Shown: positions 10,027 to 19,610 of the stretch, piece by piece
How the letters are laid out: each line of letters starts with the position of its first letter
Numbering within the stretch: position 1 is the stretch's first letter
Origin: an uncultured Chloroflexia bacterium
Lineage (GTDB): Bacteria > Chloroflexota > Dehalococcoidia > DSTF01 > JACRBR01
Direction of reading: 5' to 3'
DNA length: 64,000 bases
Assembly (NCBI GenBank): GCA_963840385.1
Contig: CAWIYS010000009.1
Coordinates: 189,087-253,086 of the forward strand
Notes under the pieces: generated by a model
The model's database searches: none
Told to the model about the DNA's origin: nothing
The model's input: only the letters and a program-made list of their open reading frames with translations
Program-made: the position numbers and the translations under genes

Positions 10027-10497
10027 ATGGTTGCCGCCGCCGAAACACGCGTGATCGCCGCGCTCAAGCACGCCCAGGCGAACGCCATCGCCCTGTACCT
10101 GAACGCCAAGCGCTACCACTGGTTCATGTACGGGCCGTTGTTCCGCGACCTGCATCTCTTCTTCGATGAGCTGGCCAACGACGCGCTCGCCGAGTTCGAT
10201 CCGCTCGCCGAGCGGCTCCGCATGCTCGGCGGCGAACCGCTCTCGACGCCGCGCGAGATCGAAGCCTGGGCGACCGTCGCGATCGCCGACGGCAAGCCCA
10301 GCCCGCGCGCCATGCTCGAGGAGGTGCAGGCCAACGAACGGATCGTGGTGGCGGAGCTTCGCGACGCCGCTCGACTTGCCGACGAGGAACTGGACCCGGG
10401 TACGAACGATCTGCTGGCCACGCTCGTGCAGACCCACGAGAAGCACGCCTGGTTCATCGGGGAGCTCCTGCGCAAGAACGATGGACTCGTGGCCTAG
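10027..10497 (+). CDS. dps: Dps (DNA-binding ferritin-like protein)
   Basis: LYLNAKRYHWFMYGPLFRDLHLFFDE and ELDPGTNDLLATLVQTHEKHAWFI are the Dps ferroxidase-site signature. GGAGGA sits 6 nt upstream of the ATG. Confidence 0.85.
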   Translation: MVAAAETRVIAALKHAQANAIALYLNAKRYHWFMYGPLFRDLHLFFDELANDALAEFDPLAERLRMLGGEPLSTPREIEAWATVAIADGKPSPRAMLEEVQANERIVVAELRDAARLADEELDPGTNDLLATLVQTHEKHAWFIGELLRKNDGLVA

Positions 10498-10601
10498 ATC
10501 CATCATGCCTGCCGCGAGCTCGCGCGAGGACGAACCACAGGTCAGGCGCTGGCGCAGCGCCGAATGAGAAGCGGCCGAGTCGGAGGAGGTTCATTCTGAA
10601 C

Positions 10602-11279
10602 GTGTTTGTCGGTGGCCATCTGTTCGCGGATCGCGCCGACGCCGGCCGGCGGCTCACCGTCTTGCTCGAGCCGTTCCGCGCCCAACGTCCGCTGATCCTC
10701 GGCATCCCGCGCGGCGGCGTGCCCGTCGCGGCCGAAGTGGCGCGGTTGCTCGACGCCGAGCTCGATATCGTCGTGGCGCGCAAGCTCGGCGCCCCGGGTT
10801 TTCCCGAGCTGGCGATCGGCGCCGTAACCGCGAACGGCGGCCGCTACCTGAACGACGCAGTCATCCGCGAACTCGGCGTGTCGCCGTCATACATCGAAGC
10901 GGTGACCGCCGCGCAGCGCGCTGAGGCGGAACGCCGTGAGACGCGTTTCCGTGACGGCCGCCCGCCGCCAGTGGTTGCCGGACGCGTCGTCATCGTGGTC
11001 GACGACGGCCTGGCAACGGGCGCGACCATGCGCGCTTCCGTCAGATCGGTTCGTCAGGGCGGGCCGGCGGTGCTCGTGGCCGCGGTACCGGTCGGAGCGC
11101 CACAGTCCTGCGCCGCGTTGCGGGACGAGGTGGACGCGCTCGTGTGTCTGTACGAGCCGGAGGACTTCTGGGCGGTCGGCTTCTACTACCGGCACTTCGA
11201 GCCGACCGAGGACGACCAGGCACGCGAGTTGTTGAGAGACGCGCAGCAGCGCGTCCTGGCCAACGGGCCCGCGGTCTAG
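10602..11279 (+). CDS. Type I phosphoribosyltransferase-domain protein
   Basis: The PRPP-binding motif VVIVVDDGLATGATM is present, with an N-terminal LGIPRGGVPVAAEVA. It has a GTG start preceded by GGAGGAGG. Confidence 0.7.
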   Translation: MFVGGHLFADRADAGRRLTVLLEPFRAQRPLILGIPRGGVPVAAEVARLLDAELDIVVARKLGAPGFPELAIGAVTANGGRYLNDAVIRELGVSPSYIEAVTAAQRAEAERRETRFRDGRPPPVVAGRVVIVVDDGLATGATMRASVRSVRQGGPAVLVAAVPVGAPQSCAALRDEVDALVCLYEPEDFWAVGFYYRHFEPTEDDQARELLRDAQQRVLANGPAV

Positions 11280-11288
11280 CGGGGCACG

Positions 11289-12233
11289 ATGGATCTGCAG
11301 CTACTCGCCGGCAGCGCGCACCCCGCCCTCGCGGCGGCAATGGCCGGCGCACTCGGGGTACCGCTCAGCGCGTGCGATCTGGGTCGCTTTCCCGACGACG
11401 AAAGTCGCGTCCAACTGTGCGAAACCGCCCGCGGAAGCGACGTCTACATCCTGCAGACGACGTCGCCTCCGGCGGACCGCCACCTGTTTGAGCTGATGTT
11501 GATCGCGGACGCGGTGCACCGGGCGGGCGCCGCGCGCATTACCGCTGTCGTGCCGTACCTCGGCTACGCGCGGCAGGACCGGCGAACAGCGGGACGCGAA
11601 CCAGTGGCGGTGCGTGTCGTGGCGAACGCCCTCAGCACAAGCAGCATCGACAGGCTCGTGACCGTCGACGTGCATACACCCGCCATCGAGGGATTCTTCT
11701 CCATGCCGGTGGAATCGCTGACCGCCCTGCCGCGCCTCGCGGAGGCGCTGCAGGCATCTGTCGACGCGGATAGCGTGATCGTGGCGCCCGACCTGGGCGC
11801 GGCGAAACTGGCCGAGCGTTACGCGCGGGCGCTGCCGTCGTCGCCGCCGGTGGCGATGGTCCACAAAACGCGCATCAGCGGCTCTGAGGTGCGCGTCACG
11901 CGCGTGACCGGCGATGTCCAGCACCGTGCCCCGGTCATCGTCGACGACATGATCACCACCGGCGCCACGATCGAAGCCGCGGTCGATGCGCTGCTCGCGG
12001 CGGGGAGCCTGCCGCGGATCACGGTGGTAGCGTCGCACGGACTGTTCGTTGACCCCGCGCTCGCGCGCCTGCGACAGCTGCCCATCCAGCGCATCATTGT
12101 CACGGACAGCGTGCCTTTGCCCGACGCCCTCGCGCTTGCGATCGAGCGCGTCAGCATCGGCCCGTTGCTGGCGGAAACCATCAAGCGGCTCCATTCGGAC
12201 GAGTCGCTCGACGGTCTCATCCTGCATCGGTGA
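11289..12233 (+). CDS. prs: Ribose-phosphate pyrophosphokinase
   Basis: Full-length match to the Prs family: DVYILQTTSPP, the PRPP motif VIVDDMITTGATI, and GYARQDRR. Confidence 0.9.
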   Translation: MDLQLLAGSAHPALAAAMAGALGVPLSACDLGRFPDDESRVQLCETARGSDVYILQTTSPPADRHLFELMLIADAVHRAGAARITAVVPYLGYARQDRRTAGREPVAVRVVANALSTSSIDRLVTVDVHTPAIEGFFSMPVESLTALPRLAEALQASVDADSVIVAPDLGAAKLAERYARALPSSPPVAMVHKTRISGSEVRVTRVTGDVQHRAPVIVDDMITTGATIEAAVDALLAAGSLPRITVVASHGLFVDPALARLRQLPIQRIIVTDSVPLPDALALAIERVSIGPLLAETIKRLHSDESLDGLILHR

Positions 12234-12454
12234 TGATGTTCGCTCAGGCGACGTTGGACAGCCATCGCCAGCACAATGGGGTGGTGCGCTAGCACTATGA
12301 GGTGATCGTGCGCGTCGGGCCACGCCCGGCGCTAACGGGCAGTTTGATCTGCTGAGTGCCTCACGCTGGAAACACGCCATCCGGATCTGCCCTGAATTCC
12401 TGTAGGTGCCCGCATTTGTCGCACCGTAGGAACGTCCAATAGGACTCCTTTGGC

Positions 12455-13018
12455 TTGCCGCGAACCAGGTCCCAGGTGCCGCCTCTGGCAATGACTCAAG
12501 ATAAGCTTGAAGCCCGACTCAAGCCACACGTTGCGAGCTACCTAAGCGAAGGTGGATTCGATCTCGTCTTCCCATCGCCCGAAGAATCTCGGACAGTCGG
12601 AAGAGGTGAGTTCCCTATCGAGGTGATCGATCCAGCTGGCCAGCGGGCCAAGCGCCCTGTGGACGTACTCGGAGCCCGATGGCGAAGTCAGCGCGACATC
12701 GAGGTGTCCGCCGTCGAGTTGAAGGATACGCGGTGGGCCGTCTACGACGGGTTAGGACAGGCCATCCAATACCAGACCGTTTGTGATGTCGTCAGCGTCG
12801 GTAGTCCGCAGACGGTCGACGGAGATCCAGTCGTTCGCGCAACTCTCGCCGAGTTGGGTCTGGGATACATTCAGGTCGACGAAGCCGCCCGTCGGGCATT
12901 CAGCACCGTCCCCGCCGTGGCACGGAGGTCTTCGCGCTTTCAACCCGAGGAGCAGGCACGCCGAGTCGCCTGCCGCCTTGCGCCCGGGCTTGCCTTCCTG
13001 GAGGTCAGCACCAGCTAG
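12455..13018 (+). CDS. Hypothetical protein with a possible PD-(D/E)xK nuclease-like core, encoded in a lower-GC islet
   Basis: The ORF is 187 aa. PVDVLGAR ... IEVSAVELKDT fits a D...ExK arrangement. Local GC is about 55-60% against a 70% background. No strong family match can be made by eye. Confidence 0.35.
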   Translation: MPRTRSQVPPLAMTQDKLEARLKPHVASYLSEGGFDLVFPSPEESRTVGRGEFPIEVIDPAGQRAKRPVDVLGARWRSQRDIEVSAVELKDTRWAVYDGLGQAIQYQTVCDVVSVGSPQTVDGDPVVRATLAELGLGYIQVDEAARRAFSTVPAVARRSSRFQPEEQARRVACRLAPGLAFLEVSTS

Positions 13019-13075
13019 CGAGTTCGGTACGGATTCAGCGGGGGCAAGACTCTGGCGGCGTGGTACGCCGAGGAC

Positions 13076-13525
13076 GTGTATCGGAATCTGCAATGGAACT
13101 GCTGGCACCGCTGCTCCGACAACCCGGCGGAAGACGTCACCGGAGCCGGAATTAACGTCGAGATCAAGGCCGATGTTGAGGCGATCGTCGCTGGTATCGA
13201 TCGCTCTGCCCTAGCGAAAGCCATGCGGCAGTTGCCGAGTCATTACTCGCTCGACGTCGAGTACTGTCACGTGCCGTCGAATCCGAACATACCCAATGAG
13301 CGCGCCGTGCGCGGTTCGGCGGCATCTCCCTCCGTCGTACGCTCCGCGTTGGAGGCGGCGACGAAGGCCCCAAAGGGGCACCGCCCGCAGATCTCGATCC
13401 AACACGAGTTGGACCGAGCCAAATGGCTAAGGTTTGCTCGGTCCGACTACGTCGATTGGCTGCGTGCCACGCGCGACGCGCTGTCTCCCGTCCTCGAGCT
13501 CATGCGCGAAAGCTATGGCCCGTAG
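13076..13525 (+). CDS. Hypothetical protein (lower-GC islet)
   Basis: The ORF is 149 aa with no recognisable motifs. Its coding potential is acceptable. Confidence 0.3.
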   Translation: MYRNLQWNCWHRCSDNPAEDVTGAGINVEIKADVEAIVAGIDRSALAKAMRQLPSHYSLDVEYCHVPSNPNIPNERAVRGSAASPSVVRSALEAATKAPKGHRPQISIQHELDRAKWLRFARSDYVDWLRATRDALSPVLELMRESYGP

Positions 13526-13724
13526 CGGGTAGAACGCTCCCTAGAACCCAGGCACCCCGCGAGCACCGGCAAAGTCAGACGGGGCTAACCTGACAGCAAC
13601 CGTGACAGCAACCCGGGCGGACGAGGTCGGACGAGTGCGCATAGATATGGAAAGCACTCGCAGATTTCTGATCGTGTGAGGACGGTTGCGGACGGCCGCG
13701 TACGGAACGACGCGAACTGCAGAA

Positions 13725-13761
13725 CCGTGTATCGGTGGTTCGAATCCACCCCCTGGGACCA
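13725..13761 (+). other. tRNA 3'-end-like fragment (T-arm GGTGG-TTCGAAT-CCACC plus acceptor CCCTGGG-A-CCA). There is no 5' half. It is a putative att or insertion scar.
   Basis: The fragment is a canonical T-stem/loop and acceptor 3' strand ending in CCA. Attempts to fold the upstream 60 nt into D and anticodon arms fail, and no complementary 5' acceptor strand exists. Confidence 0.5.
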
Positions 13762-14023
13762 TGTTCGTGAAATCGAAATCGGCGCTCTCGAGCGCCGATT
13801 CTTGCTGTGTGTGCGTTGCCGGCGGCAACCGTGGCTGGCTGAGGGTTCAGCAGCTTCGTACGCGAACATCCGCGCACGCGGGCGCTCCGCCCGAGGCCGC
13901 TTGACAATGCGCGAGATGCGGTCCTACGCTCCGATCACCTGGCATCGACGGACATGCCGCCGCCCAGAGCGCCGCAGGCGTCCGCGGGTTTCCCGGGCGC
14001 CTACCGAAAGTTGAGCCTTTCCG

Positions 14024-14419
14024 TTGTTAGCCCGCCCAGCCGCTGATACGCTCGTCGCAGTCCACTTCGGGTTCGTCATGTTCGTGGTGCTGGGCGGATT
14101 TCTCGCCTGGCGCTGGCGTTCGCTCGTATGGGCGCACGCGCCTGTCGTGCTCTATGGCGCGCTGATCGAGTTCGTCGGCTGGACCTGCCCGCTGACGCCG
14201 CTGGAGAACCACTTTCGACGGCTGGCCGGCGAGTCCGGCTACCAGGGTGGCTTCATCGAGCACTACCTCATCCCGCTGCTCTACCCCGTCGACTACACCA
14301 TGGGCTTACGCGTCACGCTGGGACTGCTGGTGGTCGCGCTCAACGTCGTAGCGTACGGCGTGCTCTTCCGGCCCCGCCCGGGTCTCGCCGGAGGGCGGCT
14401 TCTCGGCGGTAGGAGCTGA
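14024..14419 (+). CDS. Hypothetical integral membrane protein (3-4 TM helices)
   Basis: Hydrophobic helices are VAVHFGFVMFVVLGGFLAW, HAPVVLYGALIEFVGW and VTLGLLVVALNVVAYGVLF. Confidence 0.45.
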   Translation: MLARPAADTLVAVHFGFVMFVVLGGFLAWRWRSLVWAHAPVVLYGALIEFVGWTCPLTPLENHFRRLAGESGYQGGFIEHYLIPLLYPVDYTMGLRVTLGLLVVALNVVAYGVLFRPRPGLAGGRLLGGRS

Positions 14420-15035
14420 AGCCAGATCGCCAGGACGGCAGCTCTCGCAACTGGCGAATAGGGGGTCGCTAGGCGTCTGGTTCTCCGCAGATTGGATGAA
14501 CGCGACACTTCCTCACTCTGCATTCACGCACGGAACCGCGATGCAGCTGGCCACAGACACCGCACTTGTTCACTCCAACGATGCGGCTCGCCGCAACATC
14601 CCAGCCCAGGGTGCTCTGCGCGGCCTGCAGGCCGGCCTCGGTCGTCACGAGCTCCCAGGCGTGGCGGTGCGGGAGCCGGAGCGAGGCATCCTCGCCCGGC
14701 CTGGCCTCGACAAGCGTCAGTCCGGGGCGTCCAAACATTTGATCAGCGTTCTCGTTCATCATCGGTAGTGACTGTGCGAATCGGTCGGGAACGACTCGGC
14801 GTTGATCGGTCCGGCTCGGAGCAGACGGAGTTCCTGCCACTTCAAGCTCGTCTGGGCCTCGAGAGGCCTGATCTCACCGCCATTCGGATGGCGCGCGGCC
14901 CGAAGGGCGCGAATGCGGTCCGACAACGCACCCAGTTCAGCGAGCAAACGTCGTTCGGCCGTGGGAACGATGGACATGCGAGAACCTCCTGACGTCCGGG
15001 TACATTGCAGACGCAGATCACGAAAGACTCAGAGC

Positions 15036-15057
15036 GGCGGAGGAGAGTTCCTCCGCC
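15036..15057 (-). terminator. Hairpin GGCGGAGGA-gagt-TCCTCCGCC, 45 nt downstream of the csp stop. Candidate intrinsic terminator.
   Basis: It has a perfect 9-bp GC-rich stem and 4-nt loop. The minus-sense trailing sequence GCUCUGAGUCUUUCGUG is moderately U-rich. Confidence 0.45.
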
Positions 15058-15102
15058 GCCCGTCGATGCGTCGATCGCCCCGAAGCTCCTGTCGCAGCCG
15101 AC

Positions 15103-15318
15103 CTAGACTGCGACGCGGACGTTGAGCGCACGGCTCTTGCGCGGGTCGCGGTCGTCCGCGCCCTTCTCGAATTCGACTGTCTGTCCTTCTTGAAGGGAGT
15201 CGAAGATGCCGCCCTGCACGGCGGAAGTGTGGAAGAAGAGGTCTTCCGACTCGCCCTCCGGCCGGATGAAGCCGAAGCCCCGATCCTTCGCGAGCCGCTT
15301 GATTTGTCCGGTTGCCAT
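15103..15318 (-). CDS. cspA: Cold-shock protein (CspA family)
   Basis: MATGQIKRLAKDRGFGFIRPEGESEDLFFHTSAV... carries the RNP1 (GFGFI) and RNP2 (FFH) motifs. GGAG sits 5 nt upstream of the ATG. Confidence 0.9.
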   Translation of the reverse strand: MATGQIKRLAKDRGFGFIRPEGESEDLFFHTSAVQGGIFDSLQEGQTVEFEKGADDRDPRKSRALNVRVAV

Positions 15319-15550
15319 GTATGTCTCCAATCGTCGCGGGTGTGCTCGCTGATCGGGCGGTAAGGTTGCCCGGCGAACCACGACGTTTCTGCGTGGTATT
15401 CCTGCACAAGCACGATGCTTGGCACCTCGAGTCGATGAAGTCCTCGAGTGCGTCGGAATTAACCGCGGCGAACAGGAGACTGCGACGAGGAAGGTAGCCT
15501 GATCATACCAGATCGCGGCGGCCGCTGCGTTCCGACCCCTTGTTCAACAG

Positions 15551-15585
15551 CCGTGTATCGGTGGTTCGAGTCCAACCTGGGGCCA
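15551..15585 (+). other. Second tRNA 3'-end-like fragment, a degenerate direct repeat of 13725-13761
   Basis: CCGTGTATCGGTGGTTCGAGTCCAACCTGGGGCCA shares a 19-nt identical core (CCGTGTATCGGTGGTTCGA) with the first copy. The T-stem and acceptor carry mismatches. Confidence 0.45.
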
Positions 15586-15770
15586 CTCTCGGATTCTGAT
15601 ATAGCTCGTTTCCGCTGCTGTACACCTCGTCTGTCTTTCCTCTGGTGGGGACCGGCTGCATGGCCGATCGACGCTTCGGGGGCTCGCACGGATCAGCCGC
15701 AGGATGACGCGCGAGCGCGTCTCGGCCGCATGATGATGTGGCCGAGTAGGTATCTGCCGGTGCTGCGATC

Positions 15771-16997
15771 ATGATGTACGCTAGGCACATCATGATCGCA
15801 GCCGGTGAACCGCAGGCACGCATCCAGCAGGACATCGAAGCGCTCTGCCAATTCGAGCGCGGCTCGGCGTCCGACGGAGAGCGCGACGCAGCGCAGTGGG
15901 TGGCTTCCCGCTTTGCGGAGACGGGCCTGAAGCCCGAGCGCGAGAGCTTCAGCTTCTGCCCCGAATACTGGAACGTCTGGGGGGCTCACATGCTCGGCGC
16001 GATCGGTGCATGGCAGCTGCTGGGCCGCGGCGGCCGGCGGCAGCGCCTGCTCGGAGCGGCGACGACGGCCTTCCTGGCCGCTTCCTTCTGGGGTGATGCG
16101 TCGGCTCGCTTCTACTGGCTCCGCCGGCTCTTCCCCGCACGGCCGTCGGTCAACATCCTGGCGCGGCTGCCCAACCCACGCGCGAAACGCGTGCTGGTGA
16201 TCGCCGCGCACGTGGACGCGGCCCACTCCGGGCTCGTCTTCCACCCCGGCCTTCTGCGGTGGCTGCGTAGCCGCAACCCCGAAGGCCAGATCTCGCCGGC
16301 GCTCGTCCTGCCGTTTCGGGGGCTCGTATTCCTGACCGCTGCTTCTTTCTTGCGCGCCATCGGCCTGCCGCGCGGCATCGCGAAGGTGGTCGCCATGCCC
16401 GGCGTCTTCATCTCGGCGGCGACGGCTGCCGTCATGGCCGACATCGGACGGCATCCCGTCGTAGCGGGAGCCAACGACGATGCCTCAGGCGTCGCCACCG
16501 TGCTGGCACTGGCCGGAGACCTCGTCGGTGAACCCCCCGAGAACCTCGAGGTCTGGTTCCTGATCACCGGCTCCGAGGAAGCGATCGAGGGCGGCATCCA
16601 CGCCTTCCTGAAGCGACACCGCACCGAGCTGGAGGGCCGTCGCCCGTTCTTCCTGAATCTCGAGATGTTGGGGTCGGGTCAGCCGGTCTACCAGCGAGCC
16701 GAGGGGCATGTCACATCGTTCGAGATGCATCCCGAGGCCGTCTCGCTCGTCGCAGCGGTCGCGCAGGAGCCGGAGTTCGGGGGCGTGGAAGGCATCGTTT
16801 CGCCGGCGCAGAGCGACGCCCTCGCAGCCCATCACTATGGTTTCCCCGCCGTCACCGTCATGTCCCTGCCGGCAGACGACATCCCCCACTACCACTGGTC
16901 CAGCGACACGCCCGAGAACATCGACCGCTCCTCGCTGGACCGCTGCTATCGCTTCCTGCGTCGGATTATCCAACGAATCGACGAAGGGTCGCGGTAG
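15771..16997 (+). CDS. M28-family metallopeptidase (aminopeptidase-like)
   Basis: The metal-binding motifs VIAAHVDAAHSG, GANDDASGVATVLALA and ITGSEE are typical of M28. Confidence 0.7.
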   Translation: MMYARHIMIAAGEPQARIQQDIEALCQFERGSASDGERDAAQWVASRFAETGLKPERESFSFCPEYWNVWGAHMLGAIGAWQLLGRGGRRQRLLGAATTAFLAASFWGDASARFYWLRRLFPARPSVNILARLPNPRAKRVLVIAAHVDAAHSGLVFHPGLLRWLRSRNPEGQISPALVLPFRGLVFLTAASFLRAIGLPRGIAKVVAMPGVFISAATAAVMADIGRHPVVAGANDDASGVATVLALAGDLVGEPPENLEVWFLITGSEEAIEGGIHAFLKRHRTELEGRRPFFLNLEMLGSGQPVYQRAEGHVTSFEMHPEAVSLVAAVAQEPEFGGVEGIVSPAQSDALAAHHYGFPAVTVMSLPADDIPHYHWSSDTPENIDRSSLDRCYRFLRRIIQRIDEGSR

Positions 16998-17221
16998 GCC
17001 GCGTGCATCCAGGACCCGGACCGTCCCCGGCCAGCGCTGCGGTGACCGTGTGGTGCGACCGCCTTCACGCGCAGCTCCCGAGCGCGCGAGTCGAACACTG
17101 CTAGTCACTCGATGCGCTTTGTGCATCGCGCCAACCCCGTGATCGCGTGACGATGCGGTGGCGTCGATCAGGCTGATCGAGCGAGCGACTCTTCCGGCGC
17201 GTTCGTGCCGACGACGTCGCG

Positions 17222-17536
17222 CTATTCGGCGAGCAGCCGCGTGCTCGCCTTGACCTGGTTCTCGAAGATCGCGCGGGCGGCGTCGAGGATGCTGTAGATG
17301 CGCTTTTCGGGGACGGCGTACCAGATCTTGTTGCCGTCGCGGCGCGTGACGACGACGCCCTGCGCGCGAAGGAGCGCGAGGTGCTGCGAGGCATTGGAGG
17401 AGTCCAGTCCCAGGCGTTGCTGCAGATCGCCGACCGTTGCCGGGCCGCCGCGCAACTCCTCGAGCAGGCTGATGCGCACGGGGCTGGCGAGTGTCTTGAA
17501 GAACCCGGCCTTGAACTCGCGAAGGCTCTCCGGCAT
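17222..17536 (-). CDS. ArsR/SmtB-family transcriptional repressor
   Basis: The winged HTH reads LASPVRISLLEELRGGPATVGDLQQRLGLDSSNASQHLALLRAQGVV. Confidence 0.85.
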   Translation of the reverse strand: MPESLREFKAGFFKTLASPVRISLLEELRGGPATVGDLQQRLGLDSSNASQHLALLRAQGVVVTRRDGNKIWYAVPEKRIYSILDAARAIFENQVKASTRLLAE

Positions 17537-17574
17537 GTGCCCGCCTTTCTCAAGTTGCGCCTAACGTGCCGTAT

Positions 17575-17598
17575 CTTAGAATACATGTATCTACTAAG
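17575..17598. promoter_or_regulatory. Candidate ArsR operator: imperfect 24-bp palindrome CTTAGA-ATACATGTAT-CTACTAAG between arsR and hyfB
   Basis: A perfect 10-bp palindrome ATACATGTAT is flanked by CTTAG and CTAAG arms. It lies in the divergent arsR/hyf intergenic region. Confidence 0.4.
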
Positions 17599-17633
17599 GC
17601 AACCAGATACTGCAACACGGAGACCGGCGAACG

Positions 17634-19610
17634 GTGGCCTCAGTCCTTCTCTCCGCTTCGTTGGCTCTGCTCGTGGCGGCTTCTGGCGCGTCGCTCATCG
17701 CACCGGCGAGACGCCTGCGTCCGGCACTCGTGCTTTCCGCCGTCTCCGCGGCGTTCGCGCTCATCGCCGCCGCCGACGTGGTGGCCACGGGCGGGGCGGC
17801 GACGCTCACATTGTGGAAGCCATCACCGTACGCGGCGCTCGATCTGCGACTCGATCCGCTGGGCGGCGTCTTCACGGCCATCGTCGCCGGCGTGGCGCTC
17901 GCGTCATCCGTCTTCGGGACCGGGTACGCGCGCCACCGGCTCGTCGACGACCTCATCTATCCGCTCTTCATCCTTTCGCTGCTCGTCGTCACGTGCTCCG
18001 CGAACGTCTACACGTTCCTCGTGGCGTGGGAGGGGATGGCGCTCACGAGCTTCATCCTCGTCCTCGGAGACGGCACGAGCTCGCGCCGGCAGGCGGCGAT
18101 CCTCTATCTCGTCATGACGCATGTCGCCACTGTCTTTGTCGCGGCGTCGTTCTTCATCGTCGCGAGGGCGAGCGGATCGACGGACTTCTCGGCGATGCGC
18201 GGCGCGCCACTGTCGGTGCCGATGGCGTCGCTGGCGTTTGTGTGCGCCGTCGCCGGCTTTGGCACGAAGGCGGGCCTGATCCCGCTGCACATCTGGCTGC
18301 CGCGCGCGCATCCGGTGGCGCCGTCGCACGTCTCGGCGCTCATGTCCGCCGCGATGGTGAAGACCGGGCTGTACGGCATCGCCCGCGTCTCGCTGGTCTT
18401 TCTCGGTCCGGGCGAGCCGTGGTGGGGGATCGCGCTGATGTCGGTCGGCGCACTCAGCGCCGTACTCGGCGTGCTCTACGCGTTGATGGAGCGCGACATG
18501 AAGCGCATTCTCGCCTACAGCACCGTCGAGAACGTCGGCATCGTCACGATCGGACTCGGCGCCGCGGTCGCCCTGCGTGCGGAGGGCCGGGACGCGCTCG
18601 CCGGCGCCGCGCTGACGGCCGCGCTTCTTCACGCGACGAACCACGCATGGTTCAAGACCCTGCTCTTCCTGTCGGCCGGCTCGGTCCAGCGTGCGGCGCA
18701 CACACTCAGCCTCGATCGGCTGGGCGGCCTCGTCCGGGTGATGCCGGCGACAGGGGCCGCCACGCTGGTCGGCAGCCTGTCGATCGCCGCGCTGCCGCCG
18801 TTCAACGGATTCAGCGGGGAATGGCTGCTGCTGAGGACGTTGATCGGTGCGGGCGGTGAGTCGGACGGCGACGCCGTGCGGCTGACCGCGCTCGTCGTCG
18901 CCGGTGCACTCGCGCTGACGAGCGGACTGGCGATCGCCTGCTTCGTCCGGATGTTCGGCATCGCGTTCGGCGGGCTCGGCCGCACGCAGGAGGCGCGCGA
19001 CGCGCGCGAACCGGCGCCGATCATGACCGGCGTGCTCGTGGCTCTCGCCGCCGGTTGCATCGTCACCGGCGTCGCCTCCGCCGCGATCGTCCGATGGATG
19101 CAGTCCGTGCCGCACGGCCTGTTCGGCGCACCGGCCGTGCACGTCGAAGGCGCCGGACGGATGACGGTAGTCGCGGGCGGCTCATTCTCGCCCGTCGCGA
19201 TCGCGCTGGCGCTGATCGTCATCGCACCCCTGCCGTGGTTGCTGGCGCGAGCGCTGTTCGGAGCGAACCGCCGCGCGCGTGGTCCCGTGTGGTCGACGGG
19301 CGTCGCGTTCCGTCCGTCGATGCAGTACACCGCGACGTCGTTCTCCAAGCCGCTCCGCCTGTTCTTCGGGCGCGTGCTGCTCCCCGAGCGCCAGATCGAC
19401 GTCGTCTACCACGGCGCGTCGCAACTGCCGCGACTCGTCCGGTATTCGGGCCGTGTGCCCGTCCTGTTCGAAGAGCGCTTCTACCTGCCGGTCCGCGCGC
19501 TGGCGCTCTGGTGCGCGGGCCGCCTGCGGCTGCTGCAGAGCGGCAGCGTGCAGGTCTACCTGCTGTACATGATGGCCGCGCTCGCCGTGCTGCTCGTGGT
19601 GGCACGATGA
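17634..19610 (+). CDS. hyfB: Group 4 [NiFe] hydrogenase membrane subunit (HyfB/HycC, NuoL-like antiporter subunit)
   Basis: The 658-aa polytopic protein carries the complex-I antiporter-like signature FLVAWEGMALTSF ... HIWLPRAHPVAPSHVSALMSAAMVKTGLYG. Confidence 0.85.
   Translation: MASVLLSASLALLVAASGASLIAPARRLRPALVLSAVSAAFALIAAADVVATGGAATLTLWKPSPYAALDLRLDPLGGVFTAIVAGVALASSVFGTGYARHRLVDDLIYPLFILSLLVVTCSANVYTFLVAWEGMALTSFILVLGDGTSSRRQAAILYLVMTHVATVFVAASFFIVARASGSTDFSAMRGAPLSVPMASLAFVCAVAGFGTKAGLIPLHIWLPRAHPVAPSHVSALMSAAMVKTGLYGIARVSLVFLGPGEPWWGIALMSVGALSAVLGVLYALMERDMKRILAYSTVENVGIVTIGLGAAVALRAEGRDALAGAALTAALLHATNHAWFKTLLFLSAGSVQRAAHTLSLDRLGGLVRVMPATGAATLVGSLSIAALPPFNGFSGEWLLLRTLIGAGGESDGDAVRLTALVVAGALALTSGLAIACFVRMFGIAFGGLGRTQEARDAREPAPIMTGVLVALAAGCIVTGVASAAIVRWMQSVPHGLFGAPAVHVEGAGRMTVVAGGSFSPVAIALALIVIAPLPWLLARALFGANRRARGPVWSTGVAFRPSMQYTATSFSKPLRLFFGRVLLPERQIDVVYHGASQLPRLVRYSGRVPVLFEERFYLPVRALALWCAGRLRLLQSGSVQVYLLYMMAALAVLLVVAR

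Noticed and set aside
10498-10601. Palindromes CGCGAGCTCGCG and GGCGCTG-gcg-CAGCGCC after dps as a terminator
   Set aside because: The stems are short with no U-rich tail and the next gene follows within 100 nt. It is a plausible but weak attenuator, not reported as a feature.
13690-13761. Possible intact tRNA gene ending at 13761 (perfect T-arm and CCA)
   Set aside because: The 60 nt upstream cannot be folded into D and anticodon arms with either a 4- or 5-nt variable loop. There is no 5' acceptor strand complementary to CCCTGGG. It is treated as a tRNA 3' fragment or att scar instead.
17381-19142. Large ORFs 17381-18859 (+), 17904-19142 (-) and 18629-19348 (-) overlapping hyfB
   Set aside because: They are Arg/Gly/Asp-rich shadow ORFs in other frames of a clearly assigned membrane-protein gene.
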